The position numbers and the translations under genes are program-made. The notes beneath the pieces were generated by a model. It was not told where the DNA came from, ran no database searches, and saw only the letters and a program-made list of their open reading frames with translations. Positions 35,551 to 48,480 of a DNA stretch of 64,000 bases are shown piece after piece. The stretch is from Felis catus (Eukaryota), in NCBI RefSeq assembly GCF_018350175.1, contig NC_058368.1:192512001-192576000 (forward strand), read 5' to 3'. Within the stretch, counting starts at the first letter, position 1. Each line of letters opens with the position of its first letter.

Positions 35551-36702
35551 AGGGAGAGTCGGACCCCACCCCCCCAACCCCCTCAACCCCCCTCCCCTCG
35601 CCACTGCTGCAGCTCCACATTACCCATCAGGTAATGCAAAAATATAAGGCTGCCAAGCATGGGTTTTACGAAGAGAAGCTGTATGGTGTCAGAGGAGGAA
35701 GAGGCCGTGGAAGGTTTCTGCAGGGAGATGGCCCTTGAGCAGAGCCCTGGAGGGTGGGCAGAGCAGAATGGGAGCGGAAAGGGTGTTCTGGAATGGGGAG
35801 GAAGCAGGGGAGGCAAAAGCCTGAAAGAAGGAATGTTCAGGACATGTGTAGGGGTGGCCAAAGCCCCAGTGTCCCTCAACATTGGACCCGGGGGTCATTC
35901 AGCATTTTCATGTGCCCCGTTTCCCCCACACCTACCGGTAGAATCTCAGAATACGGAGGGCGATGGACCCCAGATAAACTCCACAGCAAACACCATTTAT
36001 TGATCACTGAGTAGGACCAGGCACTTGGGGCCCTTTGCCACTATCCCGTTTTATAGATGACAAAACCAAGGTTCAGGGTGAAGTGACTTGCCTACAGTCA
36101 AGCAGCTAGGAGAGGCAGATGCGGACTCACGCTGAGAGCTCTCACCTCCCCCCATTATGCCACACTGTCTCCTGGAGAGGCTGAGGGAGCCCCATGTAGT
36201 CATCTGCACAGGGGAAACCAAGGCCCAGAGAGAAGATGTTCTCAGTGTAACGTCACAGGAATTTTTCAACGGGGTTGGGAATAGAATCCACGTATTCTGG
36301 CTTCAGCTCAGTGGCCTCGTCCAGCAGCCAGGAGGACAGGTGTCTTCTGAACCATCACCCTGGTGTCATGAGGCCCCCCTCAACCTCACAGCCTCAGAAA
36401 TCACACAGCCTGTCTCCACTATGGCCTTGCCCCCTCCAGAGCCAGTCCTTCCTGCCTCAGCTGTTCGTGCAGGTTCCCGAAGACCCAGTTTCTGTAAGAG
36501 TCACACTGATACACTCCTTTCTTAAAAGTTGTTCTTGGAAAGGGGGGTCTTCCTTCTCCCCACCCCTACTCTCCGCCCCAGGGGAAGGCTCAGCAAGGAC
36601 CGAAGAGGCTCCTCTGTGTCCCAAACCCACCCCTCTGGTGTAAGAAACACCTGCCTCCCAGGCTGGCTGTGCAGATGTTATCACGGGAATGAGCTGACTC
36701 AC

Positions 36703-36850
36703 CTTCGTGACATCTCAGCCCGCTGGGCAGGAACGCTGTTCTGGGCGCCACAGTCTTCCGAGGGTATAGACATACCAGAGCAGGCCCCGGGTGGGGCATC
36801 AGGAAGGCCAGGGGCCTCCATGCCATGTCCCCTGGACTGCAAGAACAGGT
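36703..36850 (-). other. Candidate internal exon (148 nt)
   Basis: Minus strand reads tgacaacttttacatccccttacttcccag|ACCTG...CGAAG|gtgagt. Confidence 0.3.
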
Positions 36851-36958
36851 CTGGGAAGTAAGGGGATGTAAAAGTTGTCATCACACCTTGATTGAGCGTC
36901 CAGGAGAAAAAGGGTGATAACGGTTTGGGGGGTCCTCAGGGAGAGCCCGTGGACTCTT

Positions 36959-37184
36959 TTTTTCTTTTTTTAATTTTTTTTCAACGTTTATTTATTTTTG
37001 GAACAGAGAGAGACAGAGCATGAACGGGGGAGGGGCAGAGAGAGAGGGAGACACAGAATTGGAAACAGGCTCCAGGCTCCGAGCCATCAGCCCAGAGCCT
37101 GACGCGGGGCTCGAACTCACGGACCGCGAGATCGTGACCTGGCTGAAGTCGGACGCTTAACCGACTGTGCCACCCAGGCGCCCC
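36959..37184 (-). mobile_element. Young felid Can-SINE
   Basis: Perfect 18-bp TSD gagagcccgtggactctt (36941-36958 and 37185-37202). Near-identical to the 21972 and 28693 copies. Confidence 0.97.
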
Positions 37185-37977
37185 GAGAGCCCGTGGACTC
37201 TTGATAGAAGCGACAGGAGTGAAAATTCATTCAACCCATGACCTCACCACAGTCAGTGCTGACCAAAGAGGAAATGCGTTGTTCAGGGCACTACTGAACT
37301 CCCCCCTTCTGGTGCTGTGGAGGCAGAGGCTGGGCAGGGATGTAGGGAGGAGATTGAGGTACCAGCTGGGTGACACAGGAGTTCACAGCTGTGTGGACTG
37401 GAACGCTTTATGAAGCCTTCTTCTCGTTTTCTGAGGGGGCAAGATGGCTGAGTGGAAAGAAATATCATGACCGTAGATCTCTTGTTTCTACAACTTACTA
37501 CCTGAATGGCCCTTCACCTCTCTGTGACTCAGTCTTCCTTTTCTGTAAAATGGGGACAGTAACAATTACAAGGGCTGTTTTGAGAGTTAAGTAAGAAAAT
37601 ATACATAAAAGTCCTGGTGATAAAGGGGTTTCTTTTCCCATTTCACAGGGAGAGGAAATAGTATTTTGGACGTGTTAAGTGACGGTTCTGACGAAGGAAA
37701 AATGGCTGGGGCAGTCAATTTAGAATGGGAACCCAGGCCTCTTCCAGCAGAGCGGGTGGTGTCCTACCTGTTTAGGTCCCGCTTACTGAGCCCCTACAAC
37801 ATGCCTGAGAGAAGTGGTGTTCCATTGAGTAGCTATTCTATGACCAGGCACAATTATTATCCTCATTCTACACATGAGGCTCAAATAATTATGCCATTCG
37901 AGCAAGGTCTCACAAATGAAGAAGCAGCAGAATTAGGATTCCAGTTCAAGTCCAACTCCCAAGCCCACGCTCTTAAC

Positions 37978-38200
37978 CGGGGCTTGGCAAACTGCAGCCC
38001 GTGGGCCAGATCCCACCCTCCCCACCCACTTCCTGTTTTTATAAATAAAGTTTTATCAGAACACAGTCACGCTCATTTGTTTACACATTGTCTGTGGCTG
38101 CTTTCGAAGTTACAAGGGCAGAGTCATTGCAAACTGACTATATGTCTTACAAAGCCCAAGATATTTACTATCTAGCTATTTACCAAAAAAGTTTGCCTAG
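37978..38200 (+). mobile_element. MER58A-like hAT-Charlie element
   Basis: 'ttggcaaactgcagcccgtgggccagatcc...ataaataaagttttatcagaacacagtcacgctcatttgtttacacattgtctgtggctgctt...aaaaagtttgcc'. Confidence 0.8.
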
Positions 38201-38243
38201 TTCTACCTTTAACCACCATGTCATAGTCTTTCCTTGAGCATTT

Positions 38244-38449
38244 AATTTTTTTTTAACATTTATTTATTTTTGAGAGAGAGAGAGAGAGTGAGAGTGGGGA
38301 GGAACAGAAAGGGAGACACAGAATCCGAAGCAGTCTCCAGGCTCTGAGCTGTCAGCACAGAACGTGATGTGGGGCTTGAATCCCCGAACCATGAGATCAC
38401 GACCTGAGCCAAAGTCGGACGCTTAACGGACTGAGCCACCCAGGCGCCC
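38244..38449 (-). mobile_element. Can-SINE
   Basis: Ends ctgagccacccaggcgccc, with degenerate TSD agtcttt(cct/acc)tgag. Confidence 0.95.
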
Positions 38450-40264
38450 AAGTCTTTACCTGAGAACTTAAAAAGAGAATCTGCTTAACACCAATACTCA
38501 TTTTTAGACAGCTAAGTAACTACTTCACATGAATTCTGTGATAGCGGTTGAGTTAGGGCATGGAGTTTCTTCTACCCCCCCTTCCTTCTCTCTGTGAGCA
38601 GATCTCTCAGTCAGGGGGACGTGCTGAGTAAAGCAAAGATGAGAGCATTGTGCCAAATACACTGACGATTCCTCATGCTTTGCATTTGTGTATTGTGATA
38701 TCATCAGGGGCCTTTGTTTTATTTAAAATTTTTTACTCTTTAAAATGATTTAATTTCATTCCTTAGGGTTGATATTTACAGTTTCTTATTAATGCTAGGA
38801 GAGCTGTATCAGAATATTTTTTTCCTCTCACGTATATTCTCTACATTGTGAATGTATATCTTCTGAAACTGAACAAGCGGGAGTTGTAGCCATAGCCAGG
38901 GAGATCATAGATGTCGATGTGCAGAGATTAAAGAACAGATCCAGTATACAAAAAAAAGACATGGCAACGGGTGAATCTGAGCAGAAAGGGGACTGGACCT
39001 GGAGTCAAGAGGCCTTGGTTCTACGCATAGCTCGATCTCATCAGTTGGGTGGTTTAAATTTCTCCTAAGCCCTCCTGTGTTCCATTTCCCCTTATATAAA
39101 ACTGGGCTATTGCACCAGCTGATTGCTAATGGCTTTTCCTAGTATGGCATTGTAGTCCCACAAAAGCCCACCCAAATAAAGCCTTCCTGCAGGGCTGCTT
39201 AGAGGCAGGGGCAGAACAGAGATGACCTTTGACCCCACAATGGGCACTCCCTTCTGAACCTAGCAATTCCTTTGGGAGTAAGGAAGAAATGGTCTGCCTG
39301 TACCCGGCACCTTCCCAATCTTTCCTGGTTTTGTCACAGGATCCAGGACTCTTTATCAGAAGAAGGGGGATTTAGGTCTGATGAAAGTAGAGTGTCCCTG
39401 GTGGGCAGCAGTGGGCCAGTGGACGCCACGCTGGGTCTCTATGATGGGGAGGAGGTAGAAGCCAAAGGAAGCAGGGATTCTGCCCTGTCACCTCTGCTTG
39501 TCCTGGAGATGGCTCTCTCAGAGCACCAGGGAGCAGGACAGGACGGACTTGTCATCACCATCAGGGGTACGGCTACCCCCCGACCCCCTCCGTTTCCTGC
39601 TAATAATCCCCATCACGATTACCCTCTCTCTAGGGCAAGAACTGCAGACCTTTTGGTTTTTATTTCATATCACTTCTTACAATTTGATAGACCCCAAAAG
39701 GAATTCCATTGTTGTTTTAATCTGTACCTATTTGATCACTCTAAGAGTTAGCCTTCTGTTGTTTAGCTATTTGTCCTTTTTCTTTGCAAGTGAATTATTC
39801 ATGACCTTTGCTTTGATTTTTTTCCCTATAGTAAAACTTATCTTTTCACTTTTGATGTTTTTGAGATTACATATTTAATATGTAAATATATGTTTGTTAA
39901 GTTTTTACAAAATCAAAACGGGGTGTAGTAAGAAAATAGTTACTAAGTTCCCCTTTCTTCCTCTGCAATACTGAACTCCCAGGAAAGCACTGACAATTAA
40001 CATTTGCTGGGTAACTGCTGTCACCTTTTCTGCAGTAATACAAACTTATTCTCTCTCAATGTACATTATATAGAGAGTACATATATTGAATATATATGTG
40101 CAATTTTTTCTTTTTTTTATAAAAGTGGAAACATTCTATATCTTTTAACCTAAAATTTGTTTAAAAAAATTCTATATTATAAACCAATTCTCAGATTCCT
40201 ATGTCTCTTCTCTGTTTTGCAAATTCTTTCTTGTTGTCCTCACCTTAAGACTTCACCAAGAATT

Positions 40265-40480
40265 GGGGCGCCTGGGTGGCTCAGTTGGTTAGGCGTCTGA
40301 TTTTGGCTCAGGTCATGATTTCATGGTCCTTCAGTTCGAGCCCTGCGTCAGGCTCTGTGCTCACAGTTCAGAGCCCAGAGCCTGCTTCGGATTCTGTGTC
40401 TCCCTCTCTCTCTGCCCCTCCCCTGCTCACGTTCTGTCTGTCTGTCTCTCTCTCAAAAATAAACACTAAAAAAAAAAAAG
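40265..40480 (+). mobile_element. Can-SINE
   Basis: ggggcgcctgggtggctcagttggttagg head, (CT)n and A-tail. Confidence 0.95.
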
Positions 40481-41386
40481 AGTTAAACAAGAATCTTCGA
40501 TCACTCTTATATATTAATAAAACAGAGTCTCAGGGAGGAAACATGATTTCCCCAGATCCTTCAAAAGCTCAATAATCGGACAAAAGCCCCATGACAAAAA
40601 TATTCTGATTCTGGAAGGTCTTCCTTCTCCATGCCACATGAATCAGACCTGGGCCCTTAAAGTCACCCTCCTGAGGCACACAAGCAAGGGTTGGTGACAG
40701 AGAAAAGTGTAGGTCCAAAGACAGTCAATGAAGTCAATGAGTCAATCAGTCCCCAGTGTGCAAGATGACCTTGGGGTGACTTGTTTGCCCTTTCTGGGCT
40801 CCCTGTTCTCATGCATGGAGTCATACTGTATGAAGCTCTTTGGGGCTTTGGGAGCCCTTAAAGTGACTGCTCCTCCAAAGTGAACACAGGGACCATGTCC
40901 AAAGATCCTCACTGCAGCAGTTTGCGTTGGTGAAAAGTTGGAACCAATGGCACATCCCCCGGTATGGGATGGGTTACACGCCCTGGATTGTTCATTGGTT
41001 CATCTCTTCACTCATTCATGGAATAGTTATTAACTACTGCCAGGCCATGTTTTAGACACGGGAAGCATCCGTGAACAAAACAGACCAAGTCTCTTCTTGC
41101 TGGAGCTCACCTGGAGGGCGGGTCCACCCAGTCATGAGCTGTATCCCAGTTAGGGGACAGGAGATGGATCCGTATGTCCTAGCACAGATGGGTCTCCAGG
41201 CCATAGGGCTGAGTGGCGGAAGCAAAGTATCAAGACCAGGGTGGGCTGATTCCTTGTATACAAACCCCCACCCTCTATAGTATAGACAACTCTGCCCATC
41301 TTCTGTGAGTGAGCAGATACATATGAAAAGGTGCTAAGGGTGCTTTGGGGGGTGCATCCCCAAATGATGGCTTCTGGAAAGAGAAG

Positions 41387-41434
41387 TGAGGGTACCCTGG
41401 ATTGAGGGTATCCAGGATTGAGGGTACCCTGTCT
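41387..41434. repeat. 3 x 16-bp minisatellite
   Basis: tgagggtaccctggat / tgagggtatccaggat / tgagggtaccctgtct. Confidence 0.85.
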
Positions 41435-41491
41435 GGGCACTTTATCTGTATTTTTTTTTTAACAAGGAAGATATACTCAAGTATTGTGTTA

Positions 41492-41630
41492 AAAAAATAT
41501 ATGTACATATAATAAATATAAATAATACATATAATAAATATAAATAATATAAATATATGTATATATAATATATATAATTATATTCCATATATACATATAT
41601 AATTATATATATATTTAAAGTTAAAATAAA
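41492..41630. repeat. AT-rich (TA)n low-complexity tract
   Basis: Read directly. Confidence 0.9.
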
Positions 41631-43546
41631 CTTAAGTCCAAAGAGAAGGAAAAGAGAAAAAATATTTACAAGTTTCAGTTTCTCAGATTCCTTCAAAATC
41701 TAACATGCTCAGCCTTCAGAATCTACCTGAAGCTATAAAGCCTCTCGGTTCGGGGATCAGGGATTTAAAATTACACAAACCAATGAATGGTACTGTCTGG
41801 ATCCAAGGGCAAGCTGGTGGCCGCCTCATCCAGGTGGAATCCAGCGTCTTGAGCCCCAGCTGGTTCCCTCCTACTTACTTAGGACCCTGTCTCAGCATTG
41901 CTGGCAGGGAACACCTCCCCGAGGATTATTTTACAAACGAGAGAATATAGGTCCAGACGTGATTTCTTTTTCTTTTAAATTTATCGAATATATTTGACAT
42001 ACAGCATTGTGTAAGTTTTAGGGATACAAAACGTTAAGTGATTTTTTGTTTTGTTTTGTTTTGTTTTGCCAGGGACTCAATTAATGCCCAGATTACAAAG
42101 CGGGAAGCAAGCATGTCCTGCCTCCAGATCGCGGGCCCGGTGTCCCAGGGGAGGGGGCAGGATGGGCTAGCGGGGGGGACACCACCCTGCAGCCTCCCAC
42201 TGGAAGCCCTAACGACGAGCCCTGGTGTCCAATACATGCTGAAAGGAAGCCTTGTCGACATGGAAGGAGATCAAGGCAGTCAGGGGGTGCCGAAACCTCC
42301 TGTCGGGTCCAGCGTCTCTGCAAAGATAGGGACACTTCGGACGCCGCCCCCACCCCCTCCTTGAGCTCTCTCCACTCAAATTCCGCGGGGCTTTAGAATC
42401 CCTAGACTGTCTCCCGCTCCCAGGAAACCCCAGGCTTCTGTGGAGCCAGGAGACTGGCCATCCATCATCCTTATCTCTTGACTCTGGCGGCCCCAGGTCC
42501 CTGGCCTGGATGGGCCCAGGGGGCCAGGGGGGGTAGGGGCGGGGGTGGGGCTGGGGGGGGGTGCTCGATAACAAGAAAAGCAGCTGTCCCCTGGGGGAAC
42601 TTCAAAGTGCCTGGAGCTGAAATTTATGTGCAGAGTTGCTCACATTAGGGGTCACACGGCCATTCATCCCACAAATACTTCCTGAGCACCTACTATGTGC
42701 TAAGTGCTAGGCTCGGGGAATCTTGTGGGCCCAGAGATTTTGTTGTTTGTTGGGTTGCTATGTCTCAGTGAGCTAGGTTTGATGAATGGATCAGTTCATT
42801 AATTCATTAAGCATTTATTAAGGACCCACTATGTGCTGAAGGCTTCTGGGGACCCACGGCTGTTGGAACAGTTAGATGAACATGCCCCCTTCTGTGGGCA
42901 GGGTTTGAGTCCCCTCATGTAGCGCTTCCAACCCTGGATTCAGGCAGACTTGGGCAAGTTACCAAACCTTGCTGGGTCTCAGCTTTCTTCACTGTAAAAC
43001 TGAGATAGTAATCACACCTATCCCGTAGGGAGTGGGAGGAACAAAATGAAATAAGAAACTGTGGGTCAAAAGCCTAGCCCAAGCCTGGCAGATGGTCACT
43101 TTGTAACAAAAGTGGCTGTTTTTATGGTTGCAGTTGACGGATCCAATCACTCATTTATTATGTGTGTGTTGAGCCGCTATATACTGGGCAGTTGCTGGCA
43201 GGGGGCATCAGGCATGTTGGCTTCGGAGGGTTTGCAAGAGCCTCTAGCTCTCCTTCAGGTCTCTCCTCGGCTGAGGCCTCAAGGTATTCAAGAGGGGGTT
43301 CTGCATGTGGCCCAGGAGACCCACTGACTCTGCAGCTACTCAAATCCCTCTCTCCTTAGACTCTAGAGGCCTTCCTTCTGCGGAGCTGAGATCTGCCTTT
43401 CTGAGATTTTCCCCACTAACGTCCTAGGTCTGTCATCTGGGCCTTACCCAAACTCTCAGAACCTCAGTTTATTCATCTGCAAAATGGAGCTACTCATAGT
43501 TCCTATCCTATTGGGTTACTGTGAGGATAAAATGACATAAAGATTA

Positions 43547-43765
43547 GGGGGCCTGTGTGGCTCAGTGGGTTAAGCATCCAATGCTCATGGTTTCAGCTCA
43601 GGTCATGATTTCATGGTTTGTGAGACTGACTTCCGAGTCGGGCTCTGTGCTGACAGCACGGGTCCTACTTGGGATTCCCTCTCTCTCTCACTCTCTCTGC
43701 CCGCCCCTTGCTCATGAACACACACACACTCTCTCTCAAAATAAATAAATAAACTTAAAAAAAAA
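43547..43765 (+). mobile_element. Can-SINE inserted in a MIR
   Basis: gggggcctgtgtggctcagtgggttaagc head, with ataagat flanks. Confidence 0.92.
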
Positions 43766-44233
43766 TAAGATAAAATTGTAAAGCATTTGGCTCACGTCTA
43801 TACAGTTAAGTTTTTAATTAGTGGTAGCCAATAACAATAAAAGAAGGACAGCCTTGGGAATCAATCAAACAGGAAGCAGGAGCAGCGGCAGGAGGAGGGG
43901 GAAGGAGTCAGAAAAGGTATAAGGGCTATACTTTCTGGGGTGCCAAGCCGTTCTCAGTTCTCAGGGAACCTCAGTGTGGCAAGGGAGAGCACACAAGCTT
44001 TCCAAGGATGCTTCCTAGCTGCGTAATTCACATAAACATGAGAAGAAAGGCACTTGGAGCTCATGTAGGTTTCCACCCAGTGGGGGCGGCATTACGGCTT
44101 CCACCGCACAGGGAGGTGGCTCGGGAAGATGGATAGGTTTCCCAAGGTCGTGGAGCTAGGGCGAGCTGGCCTTCACCAGAGCCTCGTCCTCCTCTTCCTC
44201 CTGCCAGGACTGCAGGGGGAGCTCCCCATGGAC

Positions 44234-44610
44234 TGTGCTGTGGGTCGAACTGTGTGCCCCACCCCCCAAATTCCTACGTTGACATCCCAACCCCCAGTAT
44301 CTCAGAACATGACCGCATTTGGAGACAGTGTCCTCACAGGAGTAAGGGAGTTAAAATGAGAGCCTGAGGGTGGGCTCCCATCCAGGACTGGTGGCCTTAT
44401 TACAAGGGGTAATTTGGACAGAGACACGCATAGAGGGAACGCGATGTGAACAGACAGGGAGAAGGCCTACCAGAGAGGCCTGGAATACACCTTTCCTGCA
44501 CAACAAACACACTGATTTTGGGTTTCCCAGCCCCCAGAACTGTGAGAGAATAAACTTCTGCTGTTGAAGCCACCCAGCGTGCGGGACTTTGTCACGGCAG
44601 CCCTACGGGC
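44234..44610 (+). mobile_element. MLT1B/C-like solo LTR
   Basis: 'tgtgggtcgaactgtgtgcccc...cccagtatctcagaacatgaccgcatttggagacag...ccagaactgtgagagaataaacttctgctgttgaagccacccag'. Confidence 0.85.
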
Positions 44611-46594
44611 AGAGTGTGGAGGTCCCCCCAGACCGCGTGTATGTGGTAAGGGCTGAAGAATTCCCTACAGATGTCTGAACAGGCAGGGGCGAAGGTGTGA
44701 GCCGTCATCCCGCCCCTCTCCAGAACCTGGGATGTTGGACAGAGCTGTGAGGCCAGCAAGGCCATGTCTGACCGCAAGGCCAAGGCCTTGGGATTGATCT
44801 TCCTGCTTCTTGTGGCTGAGAACATTTTCCTGGTGACTTCCTCTGGAAATTGAGATCACTGCACCTGCTGCTGTCCTCTGGGAAGACCTTCGAGGCTCAC
44901 CCTGTTCCCCTGGGACTGGGGGTTTGTCAAAGAATCTGGGAATTACTGAGATGGCTGCATTTCTTTCCTCCTCTCCTGTGATCTTTTTTCTCATTTTCCC
45001 TTCCTTCTCTGGCTTCACTCCTCCTGGACTCTGCTCTGCAGTATCCTCTCTACATACCACCCCAAGCCTGCTTCCTCCAACCCCCACTCCCCCCCAGGCT
45101 GCTCTCACCTGGTGGCACTCAGCAGGACAAGGGAGAGTCCAAAGCCCAAGGTTGCCTTGGAGACGAAGGCAGGAAAAGTCCACACTCGCAACTTTGGAGT
45201 TGAGAAGAAATTATCCAGAGCTGCTTTCTCCTCCCACCTTCCAGGGAGACTTGTTCTGGTCCCTGGCCTGGATACATTATTATATTTTGCTTTAATTGCA
45301 TTAAAGCAAATGACTATGCCCCCTGTGGTTTGGATCAGGTCAAGGATCTGATAATCGATCCTGGCACAGTCTAGACAGGAGTCATTTTGAAGCTGTTTTT
45401 AGCAGGATGAGAACAAACAATTTTTCCAAAGTGGTCACATTAGACAAACAGGCTGGTGGGTCATCTTTTTGGGAGGGAGCATGTCCTGGCTCCAGGCTGC
45501 CTGCTCATGGACTCCCAGGCCCCTGGACCCCCTGGGAAGCAAAGGACTTAAGTAGAGATGTCATAGGCTTAGGCCTCCCACGATGTCAAACCCGGCCCAG
45601 GTGCCAGTCCCAAAAGCCAGTCCTGACTGCTGCCACTGGGCTCAGGGCTGAAAGGCAGCATAGAGCAGGGTGCTGTAGTGGGCCCAGGAGATGGAAGAAA
45701 GATAGAATCCACCCGGGACACTGCCAAAGGCCAACTCCTGTACTGCAAAACTATTCTCCTTCATCCAGAGGAAAGCCTCAGTGTGGTACTAGTCTGTCCC
45801 CAACACCTCTCTAACGTTTGCTAATCTCCCCTTTTAACAAAGAGGGCAGGCCTAGCACTCTGCAGGGTGCTAAGATCGACCCAGATTTGAATGACTTTCT
45901 TGCATTTATTTCCTACAGTTTCTTACAAATAAGACCGGTTTTCACTTGATGGGAAGTGAACCATTGTTCAAGCACAGTAAGGCAGAGACCCTGAAGGTAG
46001 GAGTTGAAAGGGGACTTTGGGAGGCAGTGCTGGGTCTCTCCCTCTCTTTCTCTCTCATACACACACACCTGATGCCAGTTCCTCACTCACCTGCTGTGTG
46101 ACCTCTGGCAGACCCAGACCACTGTGCTCTCTGAGCCTCAGTTTCCCTATGTAAGATGGAGTGGACAATGCTACCGCGAAGGTCACAGTGGGGATTTTCT
46201 GAGAGTGTACGTATGCAAAGCGTCCAGATGGTACCTGGCATGGGGTCTGTGCTCTGCCTGCTGGCCTCGTTCCTTACAGGGGCCACAGTTCCCTTCGGCC
46301 ATTCTCAGAGCCTTCGCTGGTCCCACAGTCAAAGCTGACTAAGCTCTGGGCTCTGTAGAAACAAAAGGAATCTGAAGCCTTCTGTCATGCTCTGGCTCGA
46401 GCTCCCTGGCCTTGGGCTTGTCTCATTCCCCCAGTAGCCTCAGTTTCCCCACTATCTTCAGAAGTTCTCATCAGATGATCCCTTGTAGCTCTGACATAAC
46501 ATTTTGAGCAGTCACCAGAGAGCGGCAGGTCCATGGTAGAAGGCTCTGTATTAGCACACATATCTCATGCTCCTCCAGGCCCACAGTCTTGGCC

Positions 46595-46700
46595 ATGGCC
46601 CAGCAGCACTGGCCTCCCCTGGGAGCAGGTTAGAAATGCAGACTCTCAGGCCCAGCCCAGGACTCCTGAATCAGAATATGCATTTTAGCAAGCGCTTGAA
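46595..46700. mobile_element. MER5A-like relic
   Basis: 'gttagaaatgcagactctcaggcccagcccaggactcctgaatcagaatatgcattttagcaag'. Confidence 0.8.
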
Positions 46701-47559
46701 AAGCTGTTTTATATACAGCCAGTCTGAAAGGAGAATATGAAAATGCTTTTATATCTTCAAATGTATTTGTATCTATCGTGAGGAATTTTTAAAAACAATG
46801 AACACGTAATTTTTTTTTCAAAAACAATAAAGCCATTACGAAAAGGTTCAACTAACCCAGCTCAGTTTAGAGATGAAATGATTTATGTAAATCTGGCGAA
46901 CAGCTTTTTCTGGGGAATTTTTTTTCTGTGTAAATTCGGGTTGCCCACTTTTCATAGGTTCTTTGGCCTCGTCCCCACGAGTGTCTCCCTCCTGCCCGAT
47001 TCCTGGAGGGCTGTGTGTGCGTGCGTGTGTGTGTGTGTGTGACTGTGTTTCGCAGCTGATCCACTGAGCAGAGACTTCAGCAAAGTCAGCAAAACCAGGA
47101 TGGAAATAAACTGAATTCCTGGGGGTTCCAGGGTGAGCTGCAGGAGCACGGGAAGCCAGGCCTCAGATAAACCAAAGCAGTGTGTGCATGGTCTGTGGAT
47201 TAGTCAGGCATCCCAGCCTTCCAGCTGGGCCCATCCCCTCCAGGGCTTCCTGCCTCTCCCTCGGGCCTCCGAGCCTCCAACTAGGCTCTGCGTCTCCTCA
47301 GCTAGTCCTCTGCGTCTCCTCAGCTCTGTAAGGAAAGCCCCAAACACTGGGCTGTCCATTTCAAGGAATTTATCCCCCAAAAGTGAGCACAATGTAGGCA
47401 AAGATCTTTGTTTAAGAATATTTATCACATACTACTGATAAGAGTGAAAATCCAGAAAAAAAAAGTCCAAGTGTCTAAGAATAGGAAGCTGAAGTCACTT
47501 CGTGATGTAGTTTGATGGGGCAGGCAGTGCCTGGGAGCAGGTCAGCACTTACGCTCCCG

Positions 47560-47750
47560 AGTCAGCAGGTCCGGGCTTGAGTGATATTTTAGGCAAGTTA
47601 TTTAGCCTCCCAAGCCTCAGTTTCCTTTGCTGCAAAATGGAGATGATCAGAATACGATATTCATTTTCTTGTTTTGAGGATTAAATGCGAACATGCATGG
47701 AAAATATTTAACACTGAGGCTGCTGCATGGTAAGCGCTTGGTACATGTTG
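47560..47750 (+). mobile_element. MIR
   Basis: 'ggcaagttatttagcctcccaagcctcagtttcctttgctgcaaaatggagatgat...gaggattaaatg'. Confidence 0.75.
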
Positions 47751-47909
47751 GTTTACTGTGTTCCCGTTCAGATACAAAAAAATGGTGTCAATGAAGATTA
47801 ATGACATGGAAACACATATGTGGTATGGTGAAAGTTAAGAAAGGAGATTATAACTCAGCACGATCCCCTTATAAGCATATGTGTAGGTACTCACATTTAA
47901 AGTGATACA

Positions 47910-48102
47910 GGGGCACCTGGGTGGCTCAGTCGGTTAAGCACCCGACTCTTGATTTCAGCTCAGGTCCTGAACTTGCGATTCTTGAGTTCGAGCCCTGTGT
48001 TGGGCTCTGCGTGGACCGTGTGGAGCCTGCTTGGGATTCTCTCTCTCCCTCTCTCTCTCTCTGCCCCTCCCCCCTCAAAATAAATAAATGAACTTAAAAA
48101 AA
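47910..48102 (+). mobile_element. Can-SINE
   Basis: ggggcacctgggtggctcagtcggttaagc head, TSD taaagtgata. Confidence 0.95.
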
Positions 48103-48294
48103 TAAAGTGATATGAACTAATAGCCACATAATGGAAATGTTCCTAAAAGAATGGGAAGTGGTTGGGCACCATGTAACCCTGTCTCATTTGTCAGGCTCAC
48201 TCCCATCACCTCTGCCTGGGAATGACAGGGAAAATCAGGGTTGGACCCATCTGTGCTAAGGACCATAAAGACAAAACAAAAGTGGTGCAAACTG

Positions 48295-48480
48295 AGTGCT
48301 TCCTAGGAGCTGGGTATACTACTGGCAAATTTATTTTTCACAACCACCTATGAGGTGGATACTATTAATATTCCCATTTTATAGATGAGGAAACTGAGGC
48401 ATAAAAAGGCTGAGTAATAATTAGCCCAAGGTCTCACAGCCAGAAAGTGGTTAAAGGATGGTTTCAAACCCAGATCTTAA
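48295..48480 (-). mobile_element. MIR
   Basis: 'cacaaccacctatgaggtggatactattaatattcccattttatagatgaggaaactgaggc'. Confidence 0.85.

Noticed and set aside
46082..46092. Minus-strand donor CAG|GTGAGT
   Set aside because: It lies inside a MIR and has no convincing partner acceptor.
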